Assembly: GCA_051942245.1 (NCBI GenBank)
Contig: JAVECL010000014.1
Span: 62,001 to 112,992 of the forward strand
Reading direction: 5' to 3'
From: Trypethelium eluteriae
Lineage: Eukaryota
DNA: 50,992 nucleotides
In this document: in pieces, positions 47,616 through 50,992 of the stretch
Numbering within the stretch: the stretch's first letter is position 1
How the letters are laid out: each line of letters starts with the position of its first letter
Notes under the pieces: model-generated
The model's input: the letters and a program-made list of their open reading frames with translations, nothing else
What the model was told of the DNA's origin: nothing
The model's database searches: none
Position numbers and translations under genes: made by a program

Positions 47616-50600
47616 TCACTCCACCTCGGCGTTCGGATCCCGATCTCTGCCTTTTACAGCAAAACTGATCGCAATCTTCTTTCCATTACTGTGTACCCCT
47701 CCATCCTTGCCAGACTTTATACTGGCTTTCCTTCGTAGCATATGACCGTGCTGGGCGGCACCGGCTATCGAATTAGGCTCTCGAACAGCACCCATGGTTT
47801 CATCGGCTACAACTTCTTCGTCTTGGTCTTGCGTCTTGTCGGAATTTCCGTTCCCAAGAGATTTCTCGTCGGGCCCAGCTTTCGACTCTGGACTGCCAGT
47901 CCGCATTGAGTGTACTGACGAAAGTGAAGAGGTCCGCCGCTTATGCATTCCAGCGAGCTTACTCAATTCATCTTCTTCGTCTTCTTCTCTTCTCCTCTTG
48001 GTTGGTGCAGACGCGGACATTGATGGAGACTCTGGACTCGATGAAGCTACGCTTGGCGGGTTAGCATCGTTCACATTCGAATTTAGATTGTTGTTCGGTG
48101 TGCCCGGCGATGCCGTCAGAACGTCCATTGGAACCAAGTCCGTATTCGCATCGTCATTATCATCGTCAGGATACGAAACTAGTGGGTGTTTGGTGGGACT
48201 ACCGTTGCTTTGCACGGCAAGACTGTTCGTGATGGATTTGGACATGGATGGTGTGGCCGTGGGAAGACTCAACTCGTCTTCATCATCCTCGTCGTCTTTC
48301 TCATTGTCGTTGTCGTTGTCAACAGAGTCAAAGTAGGCGTCTTCGTCCGCATCGGTATCCTTGAACCCTTGCCAGCGCGCCCCACCGCCGTTAACAAGAT
48401 GGCCGGCGTGATTGTGTCGTACCAGTTGGTTGGCAGCCGCAGAGGAGTTGAGATCACCATCTTGAGTTATAAAACTCGTATCTGTACTATCAGCCCCTTG
48501 AATGCCCTGAAGCTGATCGTATCTGAGAATCAACTGCTGGAAGGTAGGAACATAGTTGATATCTTTGAGTTGATCTCGATATGTCTCCACCAAGTGAATG
48601 ATGATAGCCTTGACGTTTTCTCGCTTAATGAACTCGAACAGTTCGAGACAAGCTGAGTTCAGGAGGTTGTCTTTGGGCATAGTTGCAAACACAATATTGA
48701 ATATTGGTTCGAAGAGTTTATTGGAAATGATTTGTCGGTTGTGGAATTCGTCCTGTAGCCCAATGCATGTACGAAAATATCTGAGGGCGCCTTTGACACG
48801 TTAGTTGCTGTGTCAGTTGTGCTGGTCGCTTTCACTTACCTAGCTTTAAATGCTTTTCTGGACAGGCCATAAGCTGGGCAACTCGAGAAGCAAGGCCTTC
48901 GGAAAGGATGAAGTATTTACTTCGAAACGAATGCTGGCGGACAAAGAAGCAAAGCACCTCCACTAAGTGAGAATAGAGCGAGATCTCCTGTACGGTGAGA
49001 TTGCTCATGTTCTCCCGCTTCTCGAGATCCTTCAGCGGTTGAAATAGCTTTTTCGCGGACTCGTCATAGAAGTTCTGGATAAAGTTGTCCGCTAATGGTT
49101 GGGCTCCACCATTAGCACGCATCTTGGCCAAGAAGTCGGAGTTGGTTCGACTCAGCGTATCGACTGATGCTGTGTTCGCAGTGGGATCGAGTAGAACTTT
49201 GATTGCATCTGCCATCTGCGCTTTCACGCCCAGATCCACCTCCACGAGGAGCAACTCTATCAGTGTATCTGTGAGGGGCTTCGTTTTCTCGTTGATTGCC
49301 TTGAAAATTTGGCTTCGCATCATCAAAGGATCATGATCAATTAGGGCGACAAGTACGTCTGTTCCTGCCACTCGTACCGAGGCATCCCGATGTCGTAATG
49401 CAAACGTGATAACGGCGAAGAGACCGCCCTGAATAAAATTTTGGTATAGAGATGCTCGAGCCTGAGCCTGCAAATTTTTTGCAACAGCACAACATTGTTG
49501 GATGAAATGTACTGCATCCTTTTTCCGTTGTTGATCCGTTACCTCCTCCCCGAAAATGCCGAACAACTCCGAGAGGAATGCTTGATTCGATTGCAAATGC
49601 TGGACAATGTCAACCTGATGGAAGAAAATGAGGGAATTGAGGACGGAAAAGGTCGGGTCATCAAGGATACGAGCGAGGACGACGTCTTTGAGGTACTGTA
49701 GACGATATGTATAGTGTATTTTCTTTTTGATTTCGGGATCATCAATTGGTACGACTTCTTTAAATTTCGACTCGTCGGAAAGATACTGTCGATGGTTTGC
49801 CTTATGACTTGGAAAATCCGGATCGTCTGCGGACGCTGTCGTTAGATAGGATTGTGAATCTAGGATGACAGGATACGCACATTCCAAAGCACCCACGACG
49901 CCAAGGACGACCTCATCCGTGACTACGAATTCCACGATAGCCGTATCGTTTAGGAGAATAAGCGTCTTCATAATATTACAAAGCCGATGCAAATCAGGAA
50001 GACTCTCGAGGTCTTCAGCCATTTCAATCAGAGGCACGAGCTTCGATATATAGTCGACATCCTTATTCATGATGAACTTGGCAAGTGCGTCGCGTCCGCT
50101 AGGCGACGCGTTGGCTGTGCGCATCATTGTCTCGATGTCTTGAAGATTGGAGAGATCCGGCGTTGGTAACAACATAGGATTGAAGGCATCAAGTACGTCG
50201 TCCTCCAGGTTATCGTCTGTTAAGACATCAGTATCTGAGCTAATGGAGAATGACTCGCCAGTTCTCTTGATAGCGCAAGTGTTTACATACCAGGGCCAAT
50301 GCCTGTAAACCTCTGCTGAGTGTCACTGACAAACTCCCTGTAGATTATCAGTTCGCATGCCTTCCGGTATTTTCGACGCAGACGTTCTACACGTACCATA
50401 TCGCCGCGCAGCCCTCGGCTTCTTGGAAACTTAAGGCCATATCGATGCCATTGGGTTCGGTCCAGACGATGAGCGTATCTAGATAGATAATGCCATCAGT
50501 AAACAGGCCATTGGTGGTTGCAAGATCCGGCTGACCTTGTTGTTTCTGATACCCATCATCCTTCTGGACTTTGGTTTCCAGCAGCATCCGATTCGGCTCT

Positions 50601-50866
50601 TCTTCCGATTGCACATATATCCGAGCTTCATCCTGTTCAAACCGAATGGGTAAGTATGTTTGTTGACCAGTTTTGCGACAGTCGCGTCACGGCGACGTCA
50701 CTCGAATGGGGGAACGGCGTCAGGGGAGCTGTTGGGTATGAAGTGTACTAACATTGACCATCTGTCCGACGCAGAAGCCAGTCCCTCTATCGTACCAGTC
50801 ATTGTTACGGAGTTCGTAGACTTTGACGCGTTTGCGATCGTTCGTGGGTGGACCGGTCTGGGCCAT
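47616..50866 (-). CDS. PSY2: Protein phosphatase 4 regulatory subunit 3 (Psy2/SMEK)
   Basis: Introns 50633-50752, 50479-50535, 50338-50396, 50217-50290, 49827-49880, 48791-48839. [20 protein letters not shown] (EVH1-like); [59 protein letters not shown]. Confidence 0.93.
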
Positions 50867-50992
50867 CGTTGATGGAGTTGCTGCGCGCACCCGTCACTCC
50901 TGCTTCGGCGCGAGGCAGCGCTAATCGGCAGGAGTGGTGAAGGGAGGGCGACAGCTGTAATGGGCGCACAGGGGAATAGGATGGGTGGATGG

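Noticed and set aside
47794..48656. Antisense ORFs (180 and 156 aa) over the PSY2 tail
   Set aside because: The Ser/Val runs are complements of Asp/Glu/Asn codon tracts.
1..50992. Prokaryotic-type systems (CRISPR, operons, defence islands), transposons, secondary-metabolite cluster
   Set aside because: The DNA is spliced fungal sequence. I saw no repeat-spacer array, transposase/RT motifs, LTR/TIR pairs or PKS/NRPS/terpene synthase genes. The AKR and esterase are isolated and flanked by unrelated genes.

Overview
Eukaryotic, intron-containing DNA from a filamentous ascomycete (Pezizomycotina; finer placement is not possible from this window alone). Introns are mostly 42-120 nt GT..AG with CTRAY branch sites. 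I resolved 17 protein-coding loci by manual splicing: cutinase, a MYND-finger gene with an in-frame stop, BolA/Bol3, an orphan secreted KR-rich protein, PEX8, a TMEM170-like membrane protein, an aldo-keto reductase, SRP72, an EBP-family protein, a Gac1-like PP1 subunit, a fasciclin protein, a giant USP34-like deubiquitinase, a GPI Ser/Thr-rich protein, a type-B carboxylesterase, a GPI aspartic protease, a RING-ZZ-SH3 protein and Psy2/PP4R3. I saw no RNA genes, transposons, CRISPR arrays or secondary-metabolite backbone genes. This is mostly ordinary euchromatin and I cannot support a new multi-gene system. The best leads are: the orphan Kex2-type polyprotein, the RING/3xZZ/SH3 ligase, dense TAGGTA/TACCTA clustering in non-coding DNA (with a hairpin/G4/TATA block upstream of the USP gene), the single nonsense codon in the MYND gene, the extended cutinase with FarA/CTF1-type sites, the spliced 5' leader of the Gac1-like gene, and non-YAG splice acceptors. 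All family calls come from motif recognition; no database searches were run.
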